Assembly: GCA_963757335.1 (NCBI GenBank)
Contig: CAVWRJ010000013.1
Span: 471,803 to 535,802 of the forward strand
DNA from: an uncultured Acidobacteriota bacterium
GTDB lineage: Bacteria; Acidobacteriota; Thermoanaerobaculia; Multivoradales; UBA5704
Direction: 5' to 3'
Length of the DNA stretch: 64,000 nucleotides
The first letter of the stretch is position 1. Every line of letters starts with the position of its first letter. Below are positions 17,654 through 28,600 of the stretch, in pieces. The notes beneath the pieces were generated by a model. The model was not told the DNA's origin. It saw nothing but the letters and a program-made list of their open reading frames with translations, and ran no database searches. The translations under genes were made by a program, and so were the position numbers.

Positions 17654-20600
17654 ATGGCGGTCCACGAAGCCTCGACCCCGCCGCCGGACTCCGCCACCCT
17701 GCCGCACCTCTCAGCGGTGCCGGCTGGGGCGGGCCCGACGCTCCTCCCCGGCCAGGTCCTCGCCGGGCGCTTCCGTATCGTGCGCCGCATCGCGCAGGGT
17801 GGCATGGGGGAGGTCTGGGAGGCCGAGGACCTGGAGTTCGTGGGCGAGCGGGTGGCGGTCAAGACCATCCGGCCGGAGATCGCCGGAGACGAGTGGGCGA
17901 TCGCCCGCTTCCGGCGCGAGATCCAGCTCGGCAAGCGGGTCACCCACGGCAACGTCTGCCGGGTCTTCGACCTCTTCCATCACCGCCTCGACGGGAGCCC
18001 GGGGGGCACCGCCGGAGAGGCCCTGCGGATCACCTTCCTCACCATGGAGCTCCTCCCCGGCGAGACCCTGGCGGCGCGCATCGCCCGAGCCGGGCCCTTG
18101 ACGCCCGTCCAAGCCTTGCCGCTCGTCCGCCAGATGGCCGCCGCTCTCGACGCCGCCCACACCGCCTCCGTGGTGCACGGCGACTTCAAGAGCAGCAACG
18201 TGATGGTCGCCGGTGAAGGTGAGGCGGCGCGCGCCGTGGTCACCGACTTCGGTCTCGCCCACGCGCGCGATGCCGGAACGGGAAGCCACGCCGGGGAGAT
18301 GGGAGATGGTTTCGACGACCGGGGCGGCACCCCAGCCTATATGGCGCCGGAGCAGGTGAAGGGGGGAGGGTCGAGCGCCGCTGGCGACCTCTACGCGCTC
18401 GGCGTCGTCCTCTACGAGATGGTCACCGGCCGGCTGCCGTTCGCCGGCAAAACCCCCTTCGCCGCCGCCACCGGCGAGCCGCCCCCCTCGCCGCGCGGGC
18501 TCGTCCCCGACCTCGATCCGGCCTGGGAGCGGACCATCCTCCGCGCGATGGCCGCCGATCCCCGGCAACGCTTCCCGACCGCCGCGGCGGTCGCCCGCGC
18601 CCTTGCCGGGGAGCCCCCGGCCACGCCGGCCGGGCGCCCCCGGACCGGCCGCGCGGCCCGCCTCGCCATGGCGCTCGTGCTGCTCGCGGGAATGGCCACC
18701 GGCATCGGGTTCTGGCTTCACCGGCCCGTCTCTCCTCCCGCTCTCCCGCCCGGGCCCGCCCGAACGGCCCCCCGCCGCTCGGTCGCCGTGCTCGGCTTCA
18801 AGAACCTCTCCGGCCGCCCCGACGCCGCCTGGCTCTCCGTGGCGCTCTCCGAGATGCTGGCGACCGACCTCGCGGCGGGCGGCAAGCTGCGGATCATCCC
18901 GGCCGAGACCGTCGCCCGGATGAAAGTCGAGCTCGCCCTTGCCGACTTCGACACCCTCGCCCGCGACACCCTGACCCAGATCCGCGGCAACCTGGGGAGC
19001 GACCTCGTCGTCCTCGGCTCCTACATCGCGCTCGGCAAAGACGCCGGAGGGCGCATCCGGCTCGACCTCCGGCTCCAGGACGCGCGGACCGGCGAGACCG
19101 TGGCGGCGATCGGCCGCAACGGCACCGAGGCCGGGCTCTTCGACCTCGTGGGCGGGGCGGGGGCCGATCTGCGCCGGGAGCTCGGGGCCGGCGCCATCAC
19201 GGCGGGCGAGACCGGCCGGGCCCTCGCCTCGTTCCCGGTGAGCCCCGAGGCAGCGCGCCTCTACGCCGAGGGCCTCTCCCGGCTCCGCCGGTTCGACGCC
19301 GCGGCGGCCCGCGGCCTCCTGGCGCGGGCGGCGGCGGCGAGCCCGGGCCAGCCGCTCGCCCATGCCGCCCTCTCGGCGGCTCTCTCCGACCTCGGCTACG
19401 AAGAGCAGGCGCGGGACGAGGCGCGGCGGGCCTTCGAGCTCTCCTCCGGCCTGCCGCGCGAGGAGCGCCTGGCGGTCGAAGGACGCTTCCGCGAGAGCGC
19501 CGGGGAGTGGCCGCGGGCGACCGAGATCTACCGCACTCTCTTCGGCTTCTTCCCCGACAATCTGGAGTACGGCCTGCGGCTCGCCGCCGCCCAGGTCGCC
19601 GCCGGGCAGGCCGAGCCCGCCCAGGCCACCCTGCGCCTGCTCCGCGAGCTCCCCGCGCCGGCCGCGGGGGACCCGCGGATCGACCTCGCCGAGGCCGCCG
19701 CCCAGGAGGCCCGCTCGGACTTCGTCCACGAGCGCGAGGCTGCCGAACGGGGGGCGGCGAAGGGGACGGCACAGGGGGCGCGGCTCCTCGTCGCCCGGGC
19801 CCGCATCCTCGCCGGCACCGCCGCCCGCAACCTGGGCGACCTCGACCGTGCCGCCGCCGATTTCGAAGCGGCGCGGCAGGCCTTCGCCACGGCGGGCGAC
19901 CGGGCGGGGGTGGCGCGGGCGGCCAACAGCCTGGGGATCGTCGCCTGGCAGCGCGGCGACCTCCCCGCCGCCCGGAAGCTCTACGACGAGGCGCTCGCGA
20001 CCTTCCGCGCCACCGGCGACCGGCGCGGTGCCGCCCAGGCGCTCAACAACATCGCCATCCTCCTCTGGCAGGAGGGAAACCTCGGGGGGGCCCGGGAGAT
20101 CTACGGCAAAGTGCTCGCCGTTTACCGCGAGACCGGCAACCGCCGCGGGCTCGCGAGCTCGCTGTCGAACCTCGGCATGGTGCAGCGGGCCGAAGGGGAC
20201 CTGGGGAGCGCCCGGCGTACCCACGAGCAGGCGCTCGCCTTGAGGCGGGAGATCGGCGAGCGCCAGGGGGAGGCGGTGTCGCTCGACAACCTGGCCCAGG
20301 TGCTCTCCGATGCCGGCGACCTCTTAGGGGCGCGCGATTTGAACGCCAAGGCGCTCGCCCTCTTCCGCGAGGTCGGCGACCGGCGGGGCGCCGCCGACGC
20401 CCTCATCAACCTCGGGGAGATCGACTGGGAGCGCGGCGAGCTCGAGCCCGCCCGCCGCTCCTACGAGGCGGCGCTCGCCACCAAGCGCGCCCTGGCCGAC
20501 CGGGCCGGCCTCGCCACGGCGCTCACCGGGCTGGGCGACGTCCACCTCGCGCGCGGCGACGGCGCGGCGGCGGCGAAGTGCTTCGTAGAAGCGCTCGCCC

Positions 20601-21139
20601 TCCGCGAGGCCCTGGGCAAGAAGGCGGGCGCCGCCCGGGCCCGGCTCGGCCTCGCCGCCGCCGCCTTCGCGGCGGGGGACCCCGGCGGCGCCGAACCGCT
20701 CGCCCGGGCGGCGGTCGCGGCGGCGCGCGCCGCCGAGGCGGCGAGCGTCGAGGCCGAGGGGGACCTCCTCCTCTCCCGCTGCCGGCTCGCCCGCGGGCAG
20801 GCTGCGGCGGCGTGCCAGGCCGTCGACGAGGGCCGGGAGCGCGCCGGCCGCGATCCCGACCGGCGCTTCCGGCTGGCCGCCGCGATCGCCGGAGCGCGCG
20901 CCGCCGCCGCTGCCGGGAAGGCCGGCGAAGCGCGCACCGCCTTGAACGCCGCCCTCGCCGAGGCGCGCCAGGGGGGGCTCGCCGGCTTCGAGCTCGAGGC
21001 CGGCCTCGCCCTGGGGGAGCTCGAGATCGCGACCGGCGAGGGGGAGACCGGCCGCACCCATCTGGCGGCGGTCCTGCGGCAGGCCCGGGCCCGGGGGTTC
21101 GGCGGGATTGCGGCGCAGGCGGAGAGCCTGCTACATTAG
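17654..21139 (+). CDS. Ser/Thr protein kinase with TM segment, periplasmic-like sensor region and long C-terminal TPR array
   Basis: Start moved to ATG 17654 (MAVHEAS...) since upstream ORF part is antisense of the 14429..17569 gene; Hanks motifs VAVKTI, HGDFKSSN, DFGLA, GTPAYMAPE; TM RLAMALVLLAGMATGIGFWL; repeated TPR-like helices. Confidence 0.85.
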   Translation: MAVHEASTPPPDSATLPHLSAVPAGAGPTLLPGQVLAGRFRIVRRIAQGGMGEVWEAEDLEFVGERVAVKTIRPEIAGDEWAIARFRREIQLGKRVTHGNVCRVFDLFHHRLDGSPGGTAGEALRITFLTMELLPGETLAARIARAGPLTPVQALPLVRQMAAALDAAHTASVVHGDFKSSNVMVAGEGEAARAVVTDFGLAHARDAGTGSHAGEMGDGFDDRGGTPAYMAPEQVKGGGSSAAGDLYALGVVLYEMVTGRLPFAGKTPFAAATGEPPPSPRGLVPDLDPAWERTILRAMAADPRQRFPTAAAVARALAGEPPATPAGRPRTGRAARLAMALVLLAGMATGIGFWLHRPVSPPALPPGPARTAPRRSVAVLGFKNLSGRPDAAWLSVALSEMLATDLAAGGKLRIIPAETVARMKVELALADFDTLARDTLTQIRGNLGSDLVVLGSYIALGKDAGGRIRLDLRLQDARTGETVAAIGRNGTEAGLFDLVGGAGADLRRELGAGAITAGETGRALASFPVSPEAARLYAEGLSRLRRFDAAAARGLLARAAAASPGQPLAHAALSAALSDLGYEEQARDEARRAFELSSGLPREERLAVEGRFRESAGEWPRATEIYRTLFGFFPDNLEYGLRLAAAQVAAGQAEPAQATLRLLRELPAPAAGDPRIDLAEAAAQEARSDFVHEREAAERGAAKGTAQGARLLVARARILAGTAARNLGDLDRAAADFEAARQAFATAGDRAGVARAANSLGIVAWQRGDLPAARKLYDEALATFRATGDRRGAAQALNNIAILLWQEGNLGGAREIYGKVLAVYRETGNRRGLASSLSNLGMVQRAEGDLGSARRTHEQALALRREIGERQGEAVSLDNLAQVLSDAGDLLGARDLNAKALALFREVGDRRGAADALINLGEIDWERGELEPARRSYEAALATKRALADRAGLATALTGLGDVHLARGDGAAAAKCFVEALALREALGKKAGAARARLGLAAAAFAAGDPGGAEPLARAAVAAARAAEAASVEAEGDLLLSRCRLARGQAAAACQAVDEGRERAGRDPDRRFRLAAAIAGARAAAAAGKAGEARTALNAALAEARQGGLAGFELEAGLALGELEIATGEGETGRTHLAAVLRQARARGFGGIAAQAESLLH

Positions 21140-21154
21140 CCCCCAGAAATCCGT

Positions 21155-22264
21155 ATGAAGACGACGAGTTACCGGTCGCTCCGACGCCGTATTCTGGCGC
21201 TCGCCTTCGCCGCCGTCCTGGGGCTGGTGTCCGCCCCCGGCGCGGAGGCGCGGGACGCCTGCGAGGTCGGCCCGGAGGACCTGACGCCGGGCGTCCCGGT
21301 CGCCGACATCGCGGGGAGCGTGAGTTGCCCTTCCGGCCCGGTCTTCTTCGTCGACGTCCCCGCTGGGGCGACCCGGCTGACCTTCACGACCTCGGGCGGC
21401 GCCGGCAACGCCGATCTCCTGGTCAAGCTCGGCGCTCCCCCTACCTCCAGCGACTTCGACCGCGGCTCGCAGGAACCGGGCAACGCCGAGATGGTGCGGT
21501 TCGACAATCCGGCGGCCGGGACCTGGTACGCCCAGATCGTCCCGCGGCCCGGCTTCACGGGGGTGACGCTCACCGCCGATCTCGTGGCGCCCGAGACCGA
21601 GGTGAAAGACGGGATTCCCCAGACCAACCTGTCGGACGATCAGCCGGGCGGGGTCCAGTACTTCACGATCGACGTTCCCCCCGGGATCGCCAACCTCGCG
21701 GTGACGACGGCCGGCGGGACCGGCAACGCCGACCTCTTCGTCCGCCGCGGGGCTCTCCCCACGACGGCGATCTCCGACGCCTCCTCCCGCGGGCGCACCA
21801 ACAGCGAGCGGGTCGACATCCCCTCGCCCCAGGGCGGGGTGTTCAAGATCGCCCTGGTCGCCAGCGCGCCGTTCACCGGGGTCACCCTCGTCGTCACCCT
21901 GACCCCGGCTACCCCGGCCGGAGCCTGCGTCCCCACTCCCGAGGCCCTCTGCCTCCTGGGCGGCCGCTTCCAGGTCGACGTCACCTGGATCGACCAGCAC
22001 TCCGGCGGCCTCCAGGGGGTCGGCAAGTCGATCCCCGGCACCGACCAGACCGGCTACTTCTGGTTCTTCGGTCCGGACAACACGGAGCTGGTGGTCAAGA
22101 TGGTCGACGGGCGCACCTTAAACAACCACTTCTGGTTCTTCCGCGGCGGCCTCTCCGACGTGGACTACACGATCCGGGTCACCGACACCGCCACCGGAGT
22201 CAAGCGGACCTACCGAAACCCGCCGAACAGCCTGACGAGCAGCGCCGACACCTCGGCGTTCTGA
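21155..22264 (+). CDS. Secreted protein with two PPC (pre-peptidase C-terminal)-like domains and the shared Cys-containing C-terminal domain
   Basis: Signal peptide; GGAGNADLLVKLG and GGTGNADLFVRRG motifs; C-terminal FWFF...NTELVVKMVDG...TDTATGVKRTY; starts 15 nt after kinase stop. Confidence 0.75.
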   Translation: MKTTSYRSLRRRILALAFAAVLGLVSAPGAEARDACEVGPEDLTPGVPVADIAGSVSCPSGPVFFVDVPAGATRLTFTTSGGAGNADLLVKLGAPPTSSDFDRGSQEPGNAEMVRFDNPAAGTWYAQIVPRPGFTGVTLTADLVAPETEVKDGIPQTNLSDDQPGGVQYFTIDVPPGIANLAVTTAGGTGNADLFVRRGALPTTAISDASSRGRTNSERVDIPSPQGGVFKIALVASAPFTGVTLVVTLTPATPAGACVPTPEALCLLGGRFQVDVTWIDQHSGGLQGVGKSIPGTDQTGYFWFFGPDNTELVVKMVDGRTLNNHFWFFRGGLSDVDYTIRVTDTATGVKRTYRNPPNSLTSSADTSAF

Positions 22265-22271
22265 AGACTTC

Positions 22272-23549
22272 TCAGGCCTCGATCGCCCGCCCCGCCGTCT
22301 CTGGGAGAGTCCACACCCAGATCCCGGCGAGGAGTGCGAAGCCGGCCGCCAGGGCGACGCCGCCGGCGAGCCCCCAGCGGCCGGCAACCCCCACGATCAC
22401 CAGCGGGGTCAGGAACTGCACCCCGCGGGTGACGTTCATGATCACCGACATGGCGGCGCCCCGCACCCGGGTGGGGAAGAGCTCCGAGAAGTAGGCCCCG
22501 TAGCAGGACCAGGTGCCGGTGCCGATCCCTGCCACCAGCATGCAGGCGAGGCCGACCGCCGGCCGCGCCACGACCGACTGCCAGAACAGGGTGACGGCGA
22601 GGAGGCCGGCGGCGTTGACCGCGCAGTAGAGGGTGAAGGCGCGCCGCCGGCCGACGGCGTCCGAGGTCCAGCCGAAGGTGAGATAGCCGAGAAACGAGCC
22701 GGCGACGAAGGTGAGCGTCCACCAGCCGGAGCCGAAGATCGAGAGGTCCCGCTGCTGCTGGAGATAGCGCGGCAGCCAGACGACGGCGAACCAGTAGGAC
22801 GACATGTTGAAGGCGGTCAAGAGAAAGGCGCGGGTGAAGATGGAGAGGAGGTCGGGAGCGACGAGCTGGGCCAGGATCGGCCGCCGCGAGCGCGCCATCT
22901 CCGGCGCCGCGAGCTCGCCGGCCGCGAGCCGCCGCCGGTGCTCGGTCCACAGATCCGACTCGGGGAGCCAGCGCCAGGCGGCGAGCGCCAGGGCCGGCAG
23001 GATCGAGAGCAGGAAGACCGCCCGCCAGCCCAGAACCGGGGCGAGGAAGGAGCCGGCGATGGCGGCCAGCCCCATGCCGGCCGGGGCGCCCGTCTGGGCG
23101 ATGGCGCCGTAGCGGCCGCGGAGAGCGGGCGGGAAGGTCTCCCCCACCATCGCCTGTCCCGCCCCCCAGGTGCCGCCGATGCCGAGTCCCGCCAGGGCCC
23201 GGCCGATCACCAGCCAGGTCACCCCAGGAGCCAGGCCGCAGACCGCGTTGCCGACCGAAAAGGCGGCGATCGCCACCGCGAGCGACGTCCGCCGCCCCAG
23301 CCGGTCGCTCATCCAGCCGAAGAGGAGCCCCCCCACCCCGGTGGCGCCGATGGCGACCGCGGTCAAGACCGCGAGCTGCCCTTCGAGCAGGTGGAAGGCC
23401 TCCTTGAGCGGCTGGAGGACGAAGGAGAAGAGCATGAGAGAGTAGAACCCCAGGCACCAGGCCCCCCAGGCGAAGGCGAGGATGAACCGGTGCACCCGGA
23501 GGGGGCGTTCGTGCTGGGAGAGGCGGGCGGGCTGTGGTGTGGCGAGCAC
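22272..23549 (-). CDS. MFS transporter
   Basis: 12 predicted TM helices, MFS motif GWMSDRLGRR and TSDAVGRRR repeats of motif A. Confidence 0.8.
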   Translation of the reverse strand: MLATPQPARLSQHERPLRVHRFILAFAWGAWCLGFYSLMLFSFVLQPLKEAFHLLEGQLAVLTAVAIGATGVGGLLFGWMSDRLGRRTSLAVAIAAFSVGNAVCGLAPGVTWLVIGRALAGLGIGGTWGAGQAMVGETFPPALRGRYGAIAQTGAPAGMGLAAIAGSFLAPVLGWRAVFLLSILPALALAAWRWLPESDLWTEHRRRLAAGELAAPEMARSRRPILAQLVAPDLLSIFTRAFLLTAFNMSSYWFAVVWLPRYLQQQRDLSIFGSGWWTLTFVAGSFLGYLTFGWTSDAVGRRRAFTLYCAVNAAGLLAVTLFWQSVVARPAVGLACMLVAGIGTGTWSCYGAYFSELFPTRVRGAAMSVIMNVTRGVQFLTPLVIVGVAGRWGLAGGVALAAGFALLAGIWVWTLPETAGRAIEA

Positions 23550-23631
23550 GGTCTTAAGATCCTATCGCGAGAAGGCCTCCGCTCCCCCGGCCCGGAATAG
23601 CGCCGCCGGGGCTTCCCGTTCTCTCGACCGT

Positions 23632-24528
23632 ATGAGGCGCCTGAAGATCGGGTTCTGCCTGCTCGCTCTGGCCCTGGGCGTGTGGAGCGGAGCGGCGTTC
23701 GGCGATCCGTCCGCGGTGCGGGAAGGTCTGCTCGCGGCGATCAACGCCGAGCGGGCGAAAGAGGGGGCCGCGCCGCTCCTCCTTAAGGCATCGCTCTCCA
23801 CCGTCGCCCAGAAACGGTCCGAGGAGCTGGGTCGGAAGGGCGACATCGACGGGGGTCAGGGAAGCGAGGAGCGTCTGGACCAGGAGATGAAGCGCACCGG
23901 CTACCGGGCCCAGCGCTGGATCGAGAGCGAGATCTCCTCGGGCTCACCGCTGCCCGAGGTGGCGGCCTACTGGCGGCGGCAGAGCGACGCCACCTACCGC
24001 CAGGTCCTCGGCCGGGATTTCCGGGATGCCGGGATCGGGGTGTCGAGCCTCCACGGCCAGCCCCTCTACACGTTCCTCTTCGCCGTCCCCGAAGGCGCCT
24101 ACTACGCAGAGCGCACCGCCGGGTTGAAAGACCTGGAAGCCGTCCGCCGGGCGGTTCTCGACCGGGTGAACGCCGAGCGAGAGAGAGCCCGGGTACGCCC
24201 GCTCCGCCTCGATCCGCGCCTCGACTCGGCCGCCCAGCACCACGCCCAGGACATGCTGGAGCGCGGCTACTTCGCCCATGCGAGCCCCGAGGGCAGGACC
24301 GTCCGCCAGCGGGCAGAGACCGCCGGCTATCGGTGGCATGCGGTGGGCGAGAACATCGCCGAGGGGCAGCTCACGGTCGACGAGGTGGTCAAGGCGTGGA
24401 TGGCGAGCCCCGAGCACCGCCGGAACATCCTCGACCGCGACTTCCTCCACATGGGTCTCGGGCTCGCCTTGGGAGAGACCCCCAAGGGCTTTCAGGTGGT
24501 CTGGGTGCAGACCTTCGGTCACCCCTAG
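23632..24528 (+). CDS. Secreted CAP/SCP/PR1 (YkwD-like) domain protein
   Basis: Start moved to ATG 23632 (MRRLKIGFCLLALALGVWSGAAFG signal peptide); CAP motifs (NAERE...GYFAHASPEG...GENIAEGQ...SPEHRRNIL). Confidence 0.7.
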   Translation: MRRLKIGFCLLALALGVWSGAAFGDPSAVREGLLAAINAERAKEGAAPLLLKASLSTVAQKRSEELGRKGDIDGGQGSEERLDQEMKRTGYRAQRWIESEISSGSPLPEVAAYWRRQSDATYRQVLGRDFRDAGIGVSSLHGQPLYTFLFAVPEGAYYAERTAGLKDLEAVRRAVLDRVNAERERARVRPLRLDPRLDSAAQHHAQDMLERGYFAHASPEGRTVRQRAETAGYRWHAVGENIAEGQLTVDEVVKAWMASPEHRRNILDRDFLHMGLGLALGETPKGFQVVWVQTFGHP

Positions 24529-24539
24529 GGAACGCCCAG

Positions 24540-25535
24540 TTGACCAAGATCGCCGATCGGGCCGCCCGGCTCGCCAGACTCCTCGCCCTCCTCGTCTCGC
24601 TCACCGCGACCGCCGCGGGGATCGATGCGGCCAGCGCCGTCATGCTCTCCCAACCGGCGCCCCCACCGGCACCCTCGCCGGCCGCTCCCCCGGCCCCGGT
24701 CGACCCGGCGGTCCTCCGCCCGGCCCTCCTCGCCCGGATCAACCAGGAGCGGGCCGCCGCCCACGTCCGCCCGCTCGCCCTCGATCCCGCCCTCGGCCGG
24801 GTCGCCCAGGCGCGGGCCGAGGAGATCGGCCGGCGCGGCGAGCTGCCGAAAGAGGAGGAGTCGTTCCTCCTCATCGCCCAGCGCGAGCGCCGGCTGCGCG
24901 AGGGGGGCTACATCCCCCACGGCTGGACCGAGAGCCTCACCGCCTCGGCCGGCGATGTGGAGACCGTCGTCCGCTACTGGAAGAGCGGGGACAGCTTCCT
25001 GGCCGCCATGGGCCCCGACTACCGAGATCTCGGGCTCGGCGTCGCCACCCTCCGCGGGGTCCCCCTCTACGTCTTCCTCTTCGCCTGGCCGGAGCGCGAC
25101 TTCTTCGCCCGCCAGATCGCCGGCCTCGCCGATCTGACGGCGGTGCGGACGGCGATGCTCGCCCGGGTCAACGCGGCACGCCGCGCCGCCGGCGTCCGCC
25201 CCCTGGCCACCGACCCGCGCCTCGACGCCGCCGCCCAGGCGCACGCCCAGGACATGCTCGCCCGCGCCTACTACGACCACGAGACCCCCGAGGGCCAAAC
25301 GCCGCGGGAGCGGGTGGAGTCGACCGGCTACCTGGCGCACAAGGTGGGGGAGAACATCGCCGAGGGGCAGTTCTCGGTCGAAGAGGTGATGAGCGGCTGG
25401 CTCGGCAGCTCCGGCCACCGGCGCAATCTCCTCGACCCCGAGTTCAGAGACCTCGGCGTGGGCCTGGCCGTCGGCCGCTTCGAGGACCGCCTCCGCATCC
25501 TCTGGGTGCAGGAGCTCGCGGTGCCGGGGATCTGA
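24540..25535 (+). CDS. Secreted CAP/SCP/PR1 domain protein (tandem paralog)
   Basis: Probable TTG start 24540 (GGGAA RBS; signal-peptide-like LTKIADRAARLARLLALLVSLTATAAG); same CAP motifs (GENIAEGQFSVEEVMSGWLGSSGHRRNLL). Confidence 0.65.
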   Translation: MTKIADRAARLARLLALLVSLTATAAGIDAASAVMLSQPAPPPAPSPAAPPAPVDPAVLRPALLARINQERAAAHVRPLALDPALGRVAQARAEEIGRRGELPKEEESFLLIAQRERRLREGGYIPHGWTESLTASAGDVETVVRYWKSGDSFLAAMGPDYRDLGLGVATLRGVPLYVFLFAWPERDFFARQIAGLADLTAVRTAMLARVNAARRAAGVRPLATDPRLDAAAQAHAQDMLARAYYDHETPEGQTPRERVESTGYLAHKVGENIAEGQFSVEEVMSGWLGSSGHRRNLLDPEFRDLGVGLAVGRFEDRLRILWVQELAVPGI

Positions 25536-25557
25536 ACCCGCCCCCCTGACGCAAAAA

Positions 25558-25579
25558 CCCCCGGCCTCGCGGCCGGGGG
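25558..25579. terminator. Bidirectional intrinsic terminator: A5-CCCCCGGCC-TCGC-GGCCGGGGG-CTCTCTTC
   Basis: 9-bp perfect stem between convergent CAP gene (+) and M36 peptidase gene (-); A-run on one side, pyrimidine/T-rich on the other. Confidence 0.5.
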
Positions 25580-25611
25580 CTCTCTTCACTTCGGGCAAAC
25601 TTCGGGCTGAC

Positions 25612-28600
25612 TTAAACTCCTAAGACCGTCCGCTTCCGGCGCAGCAGGGCGAAACCAGCACCCGCGAGAAGCAGGGCGAGGATGGCGAAGCCGAGCGGCG
25701 AGAGAGTCGGCACGTCGATCACCGACTGGGTGACCTGAAAAGTGGTGGGATCGATCACCGGAGTGACCGTTGCCGGGTTGTCGGTCAGGCCCGTCGCCTC
25801 GTTGGTACCGTTGTTGTCGCCGTCGAAGTGGATCGTCCCCTGGTTGCTGATCGTCGTTCCGGCGGTCCCGGGATTGATGGTCGCCTGAATGGTGATCGTC
25901 ACCGAGCCGCCGGCCGGAATGGCACCGTTCCAGGTCACCGTGCCGGCGCTCTGTGCCGCCACGCCGGAGGTGGCCGTGACGCTTACGAAGGTGAGGCCCG
26001 CCGGCAGGCTGTCGGTGAACTCGTTGCCGGGATTGTCCGCCTGGGCGGCGTTGCCGGAGTTGGTGAGCACGACCGTATAGGTCACGGTCCCGCCCTCGTT
26101 GGTGCTGCCGGTCACCGCCTTGGTGCCGGTGACGTCAGCACCTGGGCCGACGGTGAGCTGGGTCGGGTCGTTCTTGGCAGCGGTCCCCGGATCGTCGGTC
26201 ACCGCCGTCGCCTCGTTGGTGCCGTTGCCATCGGCGTCGAAGGCGATCTGCCCCTGGTTGGCGATGGTCTGGCCGGCCGTGTTGCTCTTGATGGTGGCAT
26301 GGATGGTGATCGTCACCTGCCCGACGACCGCCGGCAGCGCTCCGTTCCAGGTCACCGTGTTGGTGGCGACGTTGGCCGTGGCGGTGCCGGAGGTGGCGGT
26401 AGCCGAGACCAGGGTCAGGGTCGAGGGCAGAGCATCGGTGAATTCGTTGCCCGGGTTGTCCGCCTGCGCCCCGGAGCCCGTGTTATTCAGGGTGACCGTG
26501 TAGGTGATGGCACCGCCGGCGACAAAGCTGCCGGCGACGGTCTTCGTCCCCGAGACGGCCGCCGTGGCTGCGAAGGCGGTGCAGGTGAAGGCCGTGGGGG
26601 TCACGATGAGCGACCAGGTGTTGAGCTGGCCGGTGTCGAAGCGCGCCTCGTCGGCGACGTGGACCTTCCACACCCCCTGGGAGCTCCGACCTTCGGTGTA
26701 GGAGAACTGGTCGATGGGGTCGGGACCCAGGTTGGGGATGCCGAAGAGGCTCCAGATCGGCGAGTTGAAGGCCGGCAGCCAGTCGAGGGTGTAGGGAGCG
26801 TCGGCCGCGCCGGAGAGGTTCAAGTCGTTGGTAGAGTTGGCGGTGATCAGGGTATTGACGAAGTTGTCGCCGTCGCTGTCGCCGATGAAGGAACCGCGCA
26901 TGTAGATGAGGCTGGTGCCGTACCCGGAGGGCGCCTTGAGACCGACGACCAGGTCACCGGTGAAGGTGTGCTGGAGGTCGTCGACCCGGAATTCGAGCTG
27001 CGAGACATCGAGGTCGTCGGCGATCGTCATCGCGTCGGTGACACCCCGCAGGTCGTTGTCCGGGATGGCGAGGCCGCTCGGAATGGTGCGGGTGTAGGTC
27101 ACCGGGGTGCCGGGCCCCGTGGGGTTGCCGACGCGCACCGTGAAGTCGACGCTCTTGGTGCCGAGGGTCGAGGTGACGGTCATGGTGAAGTGGATCGACT
27201 GGCCGCAGAGCGCGCTCGTCGGCACGAGGAAGAGGAAGGGGGTGCCGGAGGTGACGCCCTGAGCCGCGATGGCGGAGTAGACCGAGCTCCCGGTCAGGAT
27301 GGTGACGCCCGGGGTCGACGTCGTGAGGGTCGCCGTCGCCGACGCCACGTTCATCGCCGTGTCGTGCCAGGGGTTGAGCAGATCGACCGTCAGCTTGATC
27401 GGCTCGCCGGGATCGATCGCACCGTTGTTGTTGCCCAGGGTGTCGTCGACCGTCAGGTTGTTGACGTCGAGGTAAGGGATCGAGAACGACTCGCCGACCC
27501 CGAGGAAGGCGCCGGCCCCCACGATGCCGTCCTGGCCCAGGGGGGAGATCGCCTTGTAGCCCAGGCCGCGGTCCGCGAAGCCGCCCCAGATCCACTTCTC
27601 GTTGGCGCAGGCATTGGCGGCGCAGTCGGCGTCGATCAGGGCGTCCCGCGCGTCGGTGAAGCTGGGGTTGATCGGCGTCATCTTGAGGCCGTCGGTGACG
27701 ATCGAGAGCATCTTGTCGTTGCCGGTCGGCACGTCGCCGTTCGCCCCCGCCGGATCGGCGATGATGCGGCTCCGCACCTCCCAGAGGGTGTTGGCCCAGA
27801 TCTCGCCGACGTTGTGCACCTCGAGGGCGCCGCCGCCGGCGAAGAAGACGTTCAACGGGCTCGGCGCGATGCCGCCGGCGGTATTGATCGTGACGTCGTC
27901 GACATCGGCCCAGGTGAGCGGGTTGACGCTGTTGTCCGTCGAATAGGGGAAGCGGCGGATGCCGTAGAGATAGTTGTCGGTCAGCCCGAGGAACTGGTAG
28001 GTGGCGTAGGCACCGGCCACGTACTCGGCGTTCGGGGGGAAGGCGTTGCTGCTGTTGAGGAGCGAAAGGGCGTAGAAATCGCTCCACCCCTCTCCCATGC
28101 CGCCCCCCTCATCCCAGATCAGGCCGTTGCCATCGCCGATCAGCCGGTTCGACGTGCCGTGGGTCAGCTCGTGGAGGACGACCGTGGCGTCCAGGCTGCC
28201 GTCCCGGTTCGGGGTCGGGAAGTCGAAGATGTACATCTGCATCCGACCCGATGTGCCGTCCGGCGGGGTGGAGAAGTTCGAGTTGTCGGTCCCCGAGCCG
28301 TCCTGGCACTCGGCGAGCACCGGGTCGCCGCCCGTGCCGCCGTTGGCGAAGTTGTTGGTCTGGAAGTTGCCGGCCGCCTCGTCGAAGCCGAAGCTGTAGA
28401 GCCGGTCGTGGTACCAGTTGGTGAGATAGAAAAGATGGGTGACGGTGCCGCGCTGCGCCTGGGTGTCGGTGGGCGGGGTGCCGGCATCCGGGTTGCCGCC
28501 CATGGGGGCCGGCGTGTAGGCGTAGCCGGTGCCGAGGAAGTCGCGCTGGTGTGTGTTGGCGTCGACGTTGCCGACCGGCCGGCCGTTGTCGTCGAGCAGC

